In this document: positions 29,373-39,372 of the stretch, piece by piece
Layout: every line of letters starts with the position of its first letter
How positions within the stretch are numbered: the stretch's first letter is position 1
Source: an uncultured Gemmatimonadaceae bacterium
Lineage (GTDB): Bacteria > Gemmatimonadota > Gemmatimonadetes > Gemmatimonadales > Gemmatimonadaceae
Assembly: GCA_963822945.1 (NCBI GenBank)
Contig: CAWGJO010000035.1
Span: 35,008 to 99,007 of the forward strand
Reading direction: 5' to 3'
DNA: 64,000 nt
Translations under genes and position numbers: made by a program
The notes under the pieces: model-generated
The model's input: only the letters and a program-made list of their open reading frames with translations
What the model was told of the DNA's origin: nothing
Database searches by the model: none

Positions 29373-30507
29373 ATGCATCTCGAGACCATCGCCGTCCACG
29401 CGGGCCACGCCCCCGACCCGGTTACCGGCGCCGTGACACCGGCCATCCACCTGTCCACCACCTTCGAGCGCGCGGAAGACGGCACGCTGCCGGGCGGGTT
29501 CCTCTACACGAGGAACGACAACCCCAACCGGCACGCCCTGGAGCAGTGCCTGACGGCGCTCGAAGGGGGAGCCGATGCCGCATGCTTCTCGTCGGGATCC
29601 GCCGCGACGATGGCGGTGTGCCAGGCGCTGGAAGCCGGGGGCGCACATGCTCGTCCCCCACGATGCGTACTACGGCACGGTGAAGCTGATGCGCGAGCTG
29701 TTCGGCCGGTGGGGGCTGCGTCTGACCCTGGTGAACATGGCCGACCTGGACGCCGTGCGTGCCGCGGTCGAGCCCTCCACGCGGCTGCTCTGGATCGAGT
29801 CACCGTCCAACCCGCTGGTGCGGGTGGTGGACGTCGCCGCGCTCGCGGCCATCGGACGCGAGGCCGGCGCCCACGTGGTGGTGGACAACACGTGGGCAAC
29901 GCCGGTACTGCAGCGTCCGCTGGAACTCGGCGCCCATCTGGCGCTCCATTCCACCACCAAGTACCTGGGCGGGCACAGCGACGTGCTCGGCGGCGCGCTC
30001 GTGACCGCTGACGCCGATGCGATCTGGGAGCGCGTGCGTGGAATCCAGGCCGCGGGGGGCGCGGTGCCCTCGCCCTTCGACTGCTGGCTCACGTTGCGCG
30101 GCGTGCGCACCCTGCCCTGGCGCGTGAGGGCGCAGGCCGACAGCGCGGGGCGCATCGCGCGGGCGCTGGAGGAGCACCCGGCGGTCTCGGTGGTGCACTA
30201 TCCGGGACTCGAGTCGCACGCGGGACACGCGCTCGCCGAACGGCAGATGCGCGGGGCCGGTGCCATGCTGTCGTTCGAGGTGAAGGGGGGCCGCGACGCC
30301 GCGCTCGCCGCGATCGCCCGGCTACGGGTGATCACGCGCGCCACGAGCCTCGGCGGCACGGAGTCGCTCATCGAGCATCGCGCCACGGTGGAGCCGCCCG
30401 AGAGCAACACGCCGCCGTCGCTGCTCCGGCTGTCCGTTGGGCTGGAGCACCCGGACGACCTGATCGCCGACCTGCGCGACGCCCTCTCCGGCGGCGGGTC
30501 GCGGTAG
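29373..30507 (+). CDS. Cystathionine gamma-synthase/lyase family (frameshift in G-run near 29640)
   Basis: IHLSTTF, YTRNDNPNR, FSSGSAA; then WIESPSNP, DNTWAT, HSTTKYLGGHSD, SLGGTESL, RLSVGLE. Confidence 0.88.
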
Positions 30508-30516
30508 CTTTCGACC

Positions 30517-31212
30517 ATGACCGAACCGACGAAGGCCGTACTGCTGCTGAGCGGAGGACTCGACTCCACCACCACGCTGGCCGTGGCGAAGGCCGAGGGG
30601 CACGAGATCCATGCCCTCTCGTTTCGCTACGGGCAGCGCCACAAGCACGAACTCGAGGCGGCGGCGCGCGTGGCGGCGGCGTTCGGTGTGGCGCGGCACG
30701 TCACGCTCGACATCGACCTGCGGGCGTTCGGCGGATCGGCGCTGACCACCGACCTGCCGGTGCCAAAGGATCGGACCTCCGACGAGATGGGGCACGGGAT
30801 TCCGATCACCTACGTGCCGGCGCGCAACACGATCTTTCTTTCCTTCGCGCTCGCCTGGGCCGACGTGCTCGAGGCGCGCAACATCTTCATCGGGGTCAAC
30901 GCGCTCGATTACTCGGGTTATCCCGACTGCCGGCCGGAGTACATCGAAGCATTCGAGCGGATGGCCAACCTTGCCACGCGCGGCGGCGTGGAGGGCACGG
31001 CGCCGGTGCGCATCAACGCGCCGCTCATCAATCTCTCCAAAGCCGACATCATCCGGCTGGGCGTCTCGCTCGGCGTGGACTACTCGCTCACCACGAGCTG
31101 CTACGATCCCGATGCATCGGGCGCCGCGTGCGGACACTGCGACGCCTGCGCCCTGCGGCTGAAGGGATTCGCGGAAGCGGGGTTGAAGGATCCGATCCGT
31201 TATCAGAAGTGA
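30517..31212 (+). CDS. queC: 7-cyano-7-deazaguanine synthase
   Basis: [27 protein letters not shown]...CGHCDAC. Confidence 0.96.
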   Translation: MTEPTKAVLLLSGGLDSTTTLAVAKAEGHEIHALSFRYGQRHKHELEAAARVAAAFGVARHVTLDIDLRAFGGSALTTDLPVPKDRTSDEMGHGIPITYVPARNTIFLSFALAWADVLEARNIFIGVNALDYSGYPDCRPEYIEAFERMANLATRGGVEGTAPVRINAPLINLSKADIIRLGVSLGVDYSLTTSCYDPDASGAACGHCDACALRLKGFAEAGLKDPIRYQK

Positions 31213-31238
31213 TTGCCTGGCGCCACTCATCAGCAACC

Positions 31239-31868
31239 ATGTACACCGTCAAGGAAATCTTCTACACACTGCAGGGCGAGGGCGTTCACGCCGGTCGTCC
31301 GGCCGTGTTCTGCCGGTTCAGCGGGTGCAACCTCTGGACGGGGCGCGAAGAGGATCGTGCGGACGCGGTCTGCCGCTTCTGCGATACGGATTTCTTCGGC
31401 GTCGGGCCCGATGGCGGCAAGTTCGCCGATGCCGACGCGCTGGCAGATGCGGTGGCCTCGCGGTGGCCGGGTGCGGGGGGCGGACGCCGGTACGTGGTGT
31501 GCACCGGGGGCGAGCCACTGCTCCAGCTGGACGGACCGCTGGTGGACGCGCTGCACGCGCGGGGGTTCGAGGTGGCCGTGGAGACCAACGGCACGCAGCC
31601 GGCACCGGCCGGGCTCGACTGGGTGTGTGTGAGCCCCAAGGCGAACGCCCCCCTGGTGCTCACGAAAGGCGACGAACTGAAGCTCGTGTATCCACAGGAG
31701 GGCGGTGAGCCCGAGCGCTACGCGCACCTCGACTTCACGCACTTCTCACTGCAGCCGATGGACGGCCCGGACCTGGTTCACAACACGGAGGCGGCGTTGG
31801 CGTACTGCCTGGAGCACCCGCAGTGGCGCCTGAGTCTCCAGACGCACAAGACACTCGGGATTCGCTAG
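31239..31868 (+). CDS. queE: 7-carboxy-7-deazaguanine synthase (CX14CX2C type)
   Basis: EIFYTLQGEG, CNLW...CRFCDTDF, TGGEPLLQ, ETNG, QTHK. Confidence 0.95.
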   Translation: MYTVKEIFYTLQGEGVHAGRPAVFCRFSGCNLWTGREEDRADAVCRFCDTDFFGVGPDGGKFADADALADAVASRWPGAGGGRRYVVCTGGEPLLQLDGPLVDALHARGFEVAVETNGTQPAPAGLDWVCVSPKANAPLVLTKGDELKLVYPQEGGEPERYAHLDFTHFSLQPMDGPDLVHNTEAALAYCLEHPQWRLSLQTHKTLGIR

Positions 31869-32428
31869 CGCCGCACCGACACGTTGCCGTTGGCCATCCG
31901 GGACCAGCAGGCAGCCACCGCCAGTTGCGTGGGCGGTCCGACGTGCATGGCCTTCGTGTTGCCGGACGTGAGCCCGGAGAGACTGGGTTGTGCGCCGGTG
32001 GCCGGCGACGCCGTCTGCGGCCTCGGTACCGGCTGCGTCAACTCCGGCTGCGAGTAGGCCTGCGGGGTCGGTTGCTGAACCCGGGGCTGCTGCACCCGCT
32101 GCGCCGACGTGCACTGGCGCAGCACCCGCTCGTACCCATAGCCGAAGTTCGCGTACACGTTGCCGTCCTGTCCGATCATCACGGGGACGTAGCCGTAGCC
32201 CGAGCCGTAACCCGAACCGTCGCGGTAGTACGAGCCGCCGTGCTCGCGGCGCGCTCCCCGTTCGCCCGGTCCGCGCTCGGCGGCCCGCGGCGCCGAGGCC
32301 TGACCGACGCCGGTCTGGGCGTGGGTCGGCGGCTTCTGGGGCGGCAACGGCCGTCCCTGCGCCAACGCCGGCGCGGCGGCGAGCGCCATGCCGATTGCGG
32401 TGACCGATAATGTTCGCGTGAGTCGCAT
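31865..32428 (-). CDS. Exported Pro/Gln/Gly-rich hypothetical protein
   Basis: GGAGG RBS, signal peptide ending ALA-Q, low-complexity body. Confidence 0.7.
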   Translation of the reverse strand: MRLTRTLSVTAIGMALAAAPALAQGRPLPPQKPPTHAQTGVGQASAPRAAERGPGERGARREHGGSYYRDGSGYGSGYGYVPVMIGQDGNVYANFGYGYERVLRQCTSAQRVQQPRVQQPTPQAYSQPELTQPVPRPQTASPATGAQPSLSGLTSGNTKAMHVGPPTQLAVAACWSRMANGNVSVRR

Positions 32429-32481
32429 CTTGCCTCCCGGGTCAGACCAGCTTTCGTACCCTACCCAACCCTTCGTTCAAC

Positions 32482-32497
32482 TGCAACAAGGGTGCCG
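32482..32497 (-). promoter_or_regulatory. sigma54 -24/-12 promoter
   Basis: CGGCAC-CCTTG-TTGCA on the minus strand, about 54 bp upstream of ATG 32428. Confidence 0.6.
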
Positions 32498-32527
32498 AAC
32501 CGCACGAAACCGCGCAGATTGGTACGG

Positions 32528-32932
32528 ATGAATCCTCGCTCCGGCTGGGGTGGTGTGCTGGCGGCGTTCCGGACGCCCGCGTGGATCGAGTCGCCGCGGT
32601 TCTCGGAGTTGCTGATCCTGCCCGGCGACGCGCCCGCGGTGCCGCGTCCCGAACCGGACGCGGCCTTGCGGGCGGCACGCCGCGCGCTCCGCGTGCTGGC
32701 GCGGATTCCCGGTCGTCGCTGGCGCACCAGTTGTCTCTACGAGAGCGTGGCCGAGTGTCTGGTGCTGCGGCGGTCGGGGGTGCCGGCCGCGGTGTGCATC
32801 GGGGTGAAGCGCGGCACCGACGGCAGACCCGGCATCGAAGCGCACGCCTGGGTCGCGCGCAGCGAGAGCGACCGCCGGTTTCATGGCTTCAGCACGATGG
32901 CGGTGCTGGACCGGCTGCGGAACGAGGGCTGA
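32528..32932 (+). CDS. Lasso peptide B2-like transglutaminase-fold protein
   Basis: SCLYESVA...LRRSGVPAAVCIGV...EAHAWV matches the C...IGV...AHAW signature; start uncertain. Confidence 0.7.
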   Translation: MNPRSGWGGVLAAFRTPAWIESPRFSELLILPGDAPAVPRPEPDAALRAARRALRVLARIPGRRWRTSCLYESVAECLVLRRSGVPAAVCIGVKRGTDGRPGIEAHAWVARSESDRRFHGFSTMAVLDRLRNEG

Positions 32933-33097
32933 CGCCGCAGTCCGCGACCGCCGCCCTTACCTTCGGGGTCCCTGCGCGGTAAGCTGGCAACGTTCCGTCC
33001 CTGCCCAGGGGACGAGGCCCGCCGCCCCTTCCTGCCGCCCCCGACCACGCGAACCGCCGAGGACCCGCCCGTGCCCGATGCGCCCAGGCCCACCGGA

Positions 33098-33295
33098 ATG
33101 CGCCCGTATCACTGGCTCACCGCCCTCCCCACCGTCATCCTGCTGGGCGGCATCCCGTTCGTGAACCGCGTGCACCCGATGGTGTTCGGACTCCCCCTGC
33201 TCATGGCCTGGATCGTGATCTGGGTCGTGATCACATCGGGCGTGATGGGGCTGGTGCTGTATCTGGACCGCGCACGCGAGCGGGGCGAGCGATGA
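33098..33295 (+). CDS. DUF3311-type small membrane partner of a symporter
   Basis: PFVNRVHPMVFGLP...W; ATGA overlap with the symporter. Confidence 0.85.
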   Translation: MRPYHWLTALPTVILLGGIPFVNRVHPMVFGLPLLMAWIVIWVVITSGVMGLVLYLDRARERGER

Positions 33296-34752
33296 CCACC
33301 GCGCTCGCCATCCTCGCGCTCACCTTTGCCGCCGCCATCGGCCTGGGCTTGTGGGCCCGCCGCGGGCACGAGATGAATCTCGAGCAATGGAGCGTGGGTG
33401 GCCGGTCGTTCGGCACGATCTTCGTGTTCCTGCTCATGGCCGGGGAGATCTACACGACCTTCACCTTCCTCGGCGGCAGCGGCTGGGCCTACGGCAAGGG
33501 CGGTCCGGCGCTGTACATCCTCTGCTACGGCGCCATCGCGTATTCGTGGTCGTACTTCCTGCTCCCCATCGTCTGGCGCTACGCGCGCGAGAAGAAGCTC
33601 GTGTCACAGGCCGACTTCTTCGTGGCCAAGTACGACAGCAACGCGCTGGGCGTGCTGGTGGCGCTGGTGAGCGTGGCCGCGCTGGTGCCCTATCTGGTGC
33701 TCCAACTCAAGGGGCTGGGCATCATCGTGTCGGAAGCGTCGTACGGCCACGTGTCGTCCACCGCGGCGGTTTGGGCGGGCGCCGCGGCGCTCACGCTGTA
33801 CGTCGTGGTGTCGGGCGTGCGCGGCTCGGCGTGGACCGCGGCATTCAAGGACGTCATGATCCTGAGCGTCGCCATCGTGCTCGGCATCTATCTGCCGTAT
33901 CACTACTACGGCGGCTACGGCCCGATGTTCGAGGCCATCGACAAGGCGAAACCGGGATTCCTCACCCTGCCGTCCAGCGGCATGAGCCCGAGCTGGTTCA
34001 TCAGCACCGTGCTGCTCACCGCCACCGGCTTCTACATGTGGCCGCAGTTCTTTGCCGGATCGTACACCGCCAAGCGCGAGGACGTGTTCCGCAAGAACGC
34101 CGTGCTGCTGCCGCTCTACCAGCTCGTGATCCTGTTCGTGTTCTTCGTCGGGTTCGCGGCGATTCTCCAGGTGCCGGGGCTCAAGGGCGCCGACGGCGAC
34201 CTCTCGCTGTTCCGCATCTCCAAGCAGGCATTCTCGCCGGGCGCCGTGGGCGTGATCGGCGCCGCCGGCCTGCTCACCGCGCTCGTTCCCGGTTCGATGA
34301 TCCTGCTCACCGCGGCCACGATCCTGTCGCAGAACGTGTATCGGGTGGCCGTACCGTCGGCCACCGACCGCGCCGTTACGCGGCTGGCGCGCGGACTCGT
34401 GGGCGTGATCGCCCTGTTCTCCGTGTGGATCACGCTCCGCGGAGGAGAAGCGATCGTGCCGCTGCTGCTCATGGGCTACAACCTGGTGACGCAGCTCTTT
34501 CCGGCGCTGTTGTTCTCGCTCCCCGAGCGTCCGATGGTGAGCACGGGCGCGGCCGCCGCGGGGATCGTGGCCGGCGAGGCGACCGTGGCCTATCTGACGC
34601 TGAGCGGCGCGTCGGTGGCAACGCTCGTGCCCTGGGCGCCGCAGGTGGTGAAGGACCTGAACGTGGGGATCGTGGCGCTCGCCGTGAACTTCGTGGTGCT
34701 GGCGCTCGTGGCGGCCGCCGCGCGCCGCCGGCCGGCCGTCGCTACTTCGTAA
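33292..34752 (+). CDS. Sodium:solute symporter
   Basis: GGRSFG, GEIYTTFTFLGGSGWAY, YLVLQLKG, SGVRGSAW. Confidence 0.92.
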   Translation: MTTALAILALTFAAAIGLGLWARRGHEMNLEQWSVGGRSFGTIFVFLLMAGEIYTTFTFLGGSGWAYGKGGPALYILCYGAIAYSWSYFLLPIVWRYAREKKLVSQADFFVAKYDSNALGVLVALVSVAALVPYLVLQLKGLGIIVSEASYGHVSSTAAVWAGAAALTLYVVVSGVRGSAWTAAFKDVMILSVAIVLGIYLPYHYYGGYGPMFEAIDKAKPGFLTLPSSGMSPSWFISTVLLTATGFYMWPQFFAGSYTAKREDVFRKNAVLLPLYQLVILFVFFVGFAAILQVPGLKGADGDLSLFRISKQAFSPGAVGVIGAAGLLTALVPGSMILLTAATILSQNVYRVAVPSATDRAVTRLARGLVGVIALFSVWITLRGGEAIVPLLLMGYNLVTQLFPALLFSLPERPMVSTGAAAAGIVAGEATVAYLTLSGASVATLVPWAPQVVKDLNVGIVALAVNFVVLALVAAAARRRPAVATS

Positions 34753-35557
34753 TCCAGCTCCGGCCCGTCGCCATCAACGCCAGCAGCGCGAGTCCGAACA
34801 CGATCCGGTACCAGGCGAAGACGTCGAACGTCCGGTGGGAAACGAAGCGCACCAGCCACTTCACGACGACGATGGCGCTCAGGAACGCGACCACGAATCC
34901 GATGGCGAAGACGAGCGCGTCGGAGCCCGCCAGCAGGTGCCGGTTCTCCCACAGCTCCAGACCGGTGGCGGCGAACATCACCGGAATCGCGAGCAGGAAC
35001 GAGAACTCCGCCGCCGCGGCCCGATCGACGCCTACCAGCAGGGCGCCCATGATCGTGGCCCCCGAGCGCGAGACGCCCGGGATGAGCGCGAACACCTGGG
35101 CGATGCCGATCCAGAACGCCGTGCGGTAGCCGATCTGCATCACCGTCTCGAAGCGCGGAGACGGACGCCAGTGCTCGATGGCGAGGATGCCGACGCCACC
35201 GATGATCAGCGCCCCCAGCACCACCGGCGGCACGAACAGGTGGGCGGTGATCCAGTGGTGCGTGGCGAGTCCGACGATGGCCGCCGGCAGGAACGCGATG
35301 AACAGCGCAATGATGAACCGCCGCGATTCCTCGACCGCGAAGCCCTGCTTGGCCGTGCGCCAGAGCAGGTCGCGATAGAGCCACACCACGGCCAGGATGG
35401 CGCCGAGTTGAATGATGATCTCGAACGCGTCCGCCGTGGGCCCGACGAACCCCAGCGCGTGGCCGGCGAGAATCAGGTGCCCCGTGGACGAGACGGGGAG
35501 GAACTCCGTGGCGCCCTCGACCAGGCCGAGGATGACGGCGGAGATGATGTCGTGCAT
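34742..35557 (-). CDS. uppP: Undecaprenyl-diphosphate phosphatase
   Basis: GLVEGATEFLPVSSTGH, IQLGA, PGVSRSGATI, FSFLLAIP. Confidence 0.96.
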   Translation of the reverse strand: MHDIISAVILGLVEGATEFLPVSSTGHLILAGHALGFVGPTADAFEIIIQLGAILAVVWLYRDLLWRTAKQGFAVEESRRFIIALFIAFLPAAIVGLATHHWITAHLFVPPVVLGALIIGGVGILAIEHWRPSPRFETVMQIGYRTAFWIGIAQVFALIPGVSRSGATIMGALLVGVDRAAAAEFSFLLAIPVMFAATGLELWENRHLLAGSDALVFAIGFVVAFLSAIVVVKWLVRFVSHRTFDVFAWYRIVFGLALLALMATGRSWITK

Positions 35558-35752
35558 GGGTGCGGTGGGCTGGATGGAGAAGAAGTCCGGCCGCGGAGTG
35601 GAACCGCCCGCGGCCGGACTGGAATGAACGTATCACGACCGTGAAACGGAAGAGGCGGCCACGAACCCTGCGAACTCTTGCCACGCGCGGTCGAGCAGCT
35701 GCGCCGAGGCCGGCGTCGGCCTCAGCGGCCGCACCGGTGCACGAACACCGGT

Positions 35753-36112
35753 CTGGCCGGCCAACTGGGCGCCCCGCGCCACTGCTGGAAGATCTTCGAG
35801 ACTTCCGGCACCCGATCAGGTCAGGAAACTGCCTACTCCCTGTTCGGCTTCGGCGCCGTAATCTCCGTGGTGGGCTACACCCCCGACAGGATCGAGATCT
35901 GTCTGTCCAATCTGATGGCCTACGACGCGGAGGCGCGGGGCAACTGGGGTGCGGACCCCGTGATCTACCCGGAATTACTGGAGTGGATCACCGACGGACG
36001 GATTGCGGTGAAGCCGTACGTCGAGTGGCACCCGTTGGCGGAGATCAACGCCGTGTTCGACAGAGCGCATCATGGGCAGTTGACCAGGCGGGCGGTGCTG
36101 ACGCCCGAGTGA
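35753..36112 (+). pseudogene. C-terminal fragment of a Had-like zinc-type dehydrogenase (6-hydroxycyclohex-1-ene-1-carbonyl-CoA dehydrogenase)
   Basis: WKIFETSGTRSGQETA...VVG...LSNLMAYDAEARGNWG...RRAVLTP recalls the Had C-terminus; no N-terminal domain upstream. Confidence 0.65.
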
Positions 36113-36126
36113 ACAGGGAGAGTCAA

Positions 36127-36684
36127 ATGGAAGCCATCGACATTCTCATGGAGGAGCACCGCGTCATCGAGCGTGTGCTCGACGCGCTGGAAGTGGCGGC
36201 CGGCAGGCTGCATCGGGGCGAGCCCGTGCGTGCGGGATTCTTTCTCGAAGTGGCGGAATTCGCCACGGGCTTTGCGGATGGTTGCCACCACCGGAAGGAG
36301 GAGGGGGTTCTCTTCCACATCATGGAGGAGCACGGCGGGCCGGCGCGTGGCGGGCCCATCGAGGCGCTGATGCAGGAGCACGTGGAGGGGCGCGCCCTCT
36401 CCTGCGAGCTGCGGAGCGCGGCCACCGCCCTGGAGCGCGGCGACGATGCGGCCGCCAAGCGGATCGTCAAGGCAGCGCGCGGCTACGCGGCGTTGCTCCG
36501 CGAGCACATCGAGAAGGAGGACGAGGGCGTGTTCCCGATGGCGGCGCGGCTGATTCCGGAAACCGAGCACGACCGGATGATGGCCTGGTTCGCGGAGGTG
36601 GAGGACAACGACACCGGGATGGGGGCGCACGCCAGGTATCTGGCGATGGCGGGGCGGTTGGAGCGGGAGGTGGGGGCGAGCTGA
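36127..36684 (+). CDS. Hemerythrin/HHE domain protein
   Basis: EEHRVI, HHRKEEGVLF, EHVEGR, HIEKEDEGVFP. Confidence 0.9.
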   Translation: MEAIDILMEEHRVIERVLDALEVAAGRLHRGEPVRAGFFLEVAEFATGFADGCHHRKEEGVLFHIMEEHGGPARGGPIEALMQEHVEGRALSCELRSAATALERGDDAAAKRIVKAARGYAALLREHIEKEDEGVFPMAARLIPETEHDRMMAWFAEVEDNDTGMGAHARYLAMAGRLEREVGAS

Positions 36685-36819
36685 CCGAGGGAACAAGTAG
36701 ATCGAGCCACGCGTGATGCCTGGCGCCAATCGCCATGCAATTCAGGTCGCACCTATTGGCCATCTGGAGCGCGTCGCCGGATTGGCCCGGAGATGGTTCG
36801 GAGGAACGAAGGACGCCTC

Positions 36820-39246
36820 CTACTGGCCCGGTGGCCCGAACCCGAAACGACCGCTGTCCACCACGAGGACCCAATCCCCACTCGACGGGGGCGTGAGCGA
36901 CGGCGTATCCGACGCCGAGAAGGTACCCGCCGACTGGCTGGTCCCAAGTGAAGGGTTGTACCACCAAGCGGTCATGGTCGTGCCGGCCAACTTGGTCAGG
37001 CTGAGGGTGACGGCGCGGCTGCTCGGCATGTAGACGATGATTGAGGAACTGTCGCTCGCGTAGGCCGTGGTGGCGTAGTCCGTGCTGGAACTGTAGCCGG
37101 CGGTCACGACCTGGTGATTCACATCCGGGATCAGCTTCTCCCAGTGCCGCGAATTGAACAGCTTCCCCAGGTAGCTCATGTTCAGCGAGCCCTGGTGATT
37201 CAGTTGGCCCTGCCAGTTGGTACCGGTGCAGATCGTGACGTTGGCGCCGAGTTCCCAGATCGGACAATTGCCGAAGACATGACCGAAGCCGCCGGAAAGC
37301 ACCGTCCAGTAGGACTGCATCCGCAATTGCCGCGCCGTCGCTCCCTCGTTCTCATACGTCGATTCGATAAGGAAGAACGGCAGCGTGGGAGAATAGTTAT
37401 AGGCCGTGAGGGCCTGGTCGTAGAGCGTGCTACTGTAGCTGTACACGTTGTTGATCGTGAGCCAAGATGCCCCGGCCCAGGGCGTGACCCCCATGGACTC
37501 GGGCCCGTTATGGGCCGTGAAGAGATGACGGGTATCCTGGGAGAGAATCCCGGTCACCACCGCCTGGACCCGGTTCTTGACTGCCGTGGTCTGATCCGGT
37601 GAGGTATCGCCCCCGATCAGCCAGATAATGTTGTCGTAGTTCTTGTATCGATTTCCGACGTACGCGCCCCAGGCCGTCATGTCGCTAACCGACGCATTCA
37701 GCATGTCGGCGCACCACCCCTGGTTTCCACAGTCGTAACCCAGATACACCGGGTCCAGGAGCACCACGATTCCCTTGGCGGCGGCCGACTGAATGATGTG
37801 GTCCGCATGGGCGAAATAGGCCTCATTTTCCGCCGAGGTAAATGCCGCGCCAGTGAAGGGAGCGAGATTGTAGTAGTCAGCCGGTGCGTTGGTGGCGAAT
37901 TCGTGCTCGATCAAGTTCACGATGATCGCGTCGAAGCCTAGTTGTTGTCTATTGGCCAGATACGTGTCGGCATCCGCATCGGACAATTGCGCGATCAAAG
38001 ACCAGGGCGCGTCGCCCACGAGGAAGAACGGTTTGCCGTTCTGATCCACCAAGTAGCGTCCGGTCGGCCCGGCCTTCAGCGGGTAGAGGTAGCCGACCGA
38101 TCCCCCGCTCCCGCTCGTGACGGTCACGACCGAGGTATCCGCAAAGGCGGCCACGGTGGCGATCACCCGGTATGTGCCCGCGGTCGCCGGAGCAGTGTAG
38201 AAACCCGTGGTGGTCACTGTACCCCCGGTCGCGGAGAACGCCGCGCTCACGGAACCGCTGGAGCCGTCGCTGAAATGCCCGGTTGCCGTGAACTGAACCG
38301 TGCCGTTGGGGGCCAGACTCACGCTGTCGGGGGTGAGGGCGAGCCCGTCCAGCACGGCGGCGACAATCGTCACCTTGCTGCTATCCGAATGTCCCGCCGC
38401 CGAGGTGGCCTTGACCCGGTAGGTGCCCGCCGTGGAGCCGGCTACATACAGCCCGCTGGAGCTGACGGCGCCACCCGTGGCCGTCCAGGTGATCGAGTCC
38501 CCAGGCTGGGTGGAGCTGTCGCTCAGAGTGCGCGTGACGCTGAATTGCTGGGAGTTGCCGGCATTCAACGTCACCGAGTCGGGCGACAGCGCAATGGAGA
38601 CCTCAACGGCCTTGGTGATCGCCACCTTGCTGCTATCCGAATGGCCTGCCGCCGAGGTGGCCTTGGCCCAGTAGGTGCCCGACGTGGCGCCGGCCACGTA
38701 CAGCCCGTTGGAACCGATGGTCCCCCCCGTGGCCGTCCAGGTGATCGAGTCCCCTGCCTGGGTGGAGCTGTCGCTCATGGTGCGCGTGACGCTGAATTGT
38801 TGGGTCTGACCGGGCCGCAACGTCACGGCGCCGGGCGACAGGGCAATGGAGACCTCGACGGGTTTGGTGATGGTCACGCTGCTGCTATCCGAATGGCCCC
38901 CCGCGGAAGTCGCCTTGGTCCGGTACTCGCCCCCGGTGTCGCCGGCCACGTAAAGCCCATTGGGACTGATGGTACCGCCGGTGGCCGTCCACGTGATCGC
39001 ATTCCCGGTCTGGGTCGAGCCGTCGCTCAGGGTGCGCGTGACGCTGAATTGTTGGGTCTGGCCTGGCCGCAGAGTCACGGCGTCTGGCGACAGTGCAATG
39101 GAGACCTCAACGGGCGGGCGCTCTGTCGGGGAGTTGCAGTCCGCAGCCACCAACGAGGACAAACAAGCAACGGCGACGCTGATCGCAACGGATTTGGTGT
39201 ATCGCCTGAATGAGGGAGCCATATGCATCCAAGGCCAGAGTCTCAT
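36820..39246 (-). CDS. Exported Ig-like repeat protein with DUF4038 (apiosidase-like) and collagen-binding-like domains
   Basis: Four Ig-like units, then RYLVDQNGKPFFLVGDAPW, NIIWLIGGD, ESTYE, and C-terminal WWYNP...DWVLV. Start uncertain. Confidence 0.8.
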   Translation of the reverse strand: MRLWPWMHMAPSFRRYTKSVAISVAVACLSSLVAADCNSPTERPPVEVSIALSPDAVTLRPGQTQQFSVTRTLSDGSTQTGNAITWTATGGTISPNGLYVAGDTGGEYRTKATSAGGHSDSSSVTITKPVEVSIALSPGAVTLRPGQTQQFSVTRTMSDSSTQAGDSITWTATGGTIGSNGLYVAGATSGTYWAKATSAAGHSDSSKVAITKAVEVSIALSPDSVTLNAGNSQQFSVTRTLSDSSTQPGDSITWTATGGAVSSSGLYVAGSTAGTYRVKATSAAGHSDSSKVTIVAAVLDGLALTPDSVSLAPNGTVQFTATGHFSDGSSGSVSAAFSATGGTVTTTGFYTAPATAGTYRVIATVAAFADTSVVTVTSGSGGSVGYLYPLKAGPTGRYLVDQNGKPFFLVGDAPWSLIAQLSDADADTYLANRQQLGFDAIIVNLIEHEFATNAPADYYNLAPFTGAAFTSAENEAYFAHADHIIQSAAAKGIVVLLDPVYLGYDCGNQGWCADMLNASVSDMTAWGAYVGNRYKNYDNIIWLIGGDTSPDQTTAVKNRVQAVVTGILSQDTRHLFTAHNGPESMGVTPWAGASWLTINNVYSYSSTLYDQALTAYNYSPTLPFFLIESTYENEGATARQLRMQSYWTVLSGGFGHVFGNCPIWELGANVTICTGTNWQGQLNHQGSLNMSYLGKLFNSRHWEKLIPDVNHQVVTAGYSSSTDYATTAYASDSSSIIVYMPSSRAVTLSLTKLAGTTMTAWWYNPSLGTSQSAGTFSASDTPSLTPPSSGDWVLVVDSGRFGFGPPGQ
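38356..39111 (-). repeat. Three 252-bp intragenic tandem repeats (84-aa Ig-like units)
   Basis: Units VEVSIALSP... begin at 39111, 38859 and 38607. Confidence 0.9.
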
Positions 39247-39372
39247 ACCTGGAAACAGATTCCAACGTAGCAGATTCCAAATCCGGAAGCGAACTTGAAC
39301 CGGATTGATCGACCCGCGAGGGGCGTACTGGACCGCTATAACGCCTTGCGACGGTGGCTGCTGAGATCGTGT

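Noticed and set aside
29630..29650. Phase variation at the G-run in the cystathionine lyase gene
   Set aside because: A six-G run is short and typical of homopolymer read error.
30517..31868. queC/queE as a 7-deazaguanine DNA-modification or defence system, or under a preQ1 riboswitch
   Set aside because: Canonical housekeeping-like sequences, no dpdA or qat neighbours, and no room or motif for a riboswitch.
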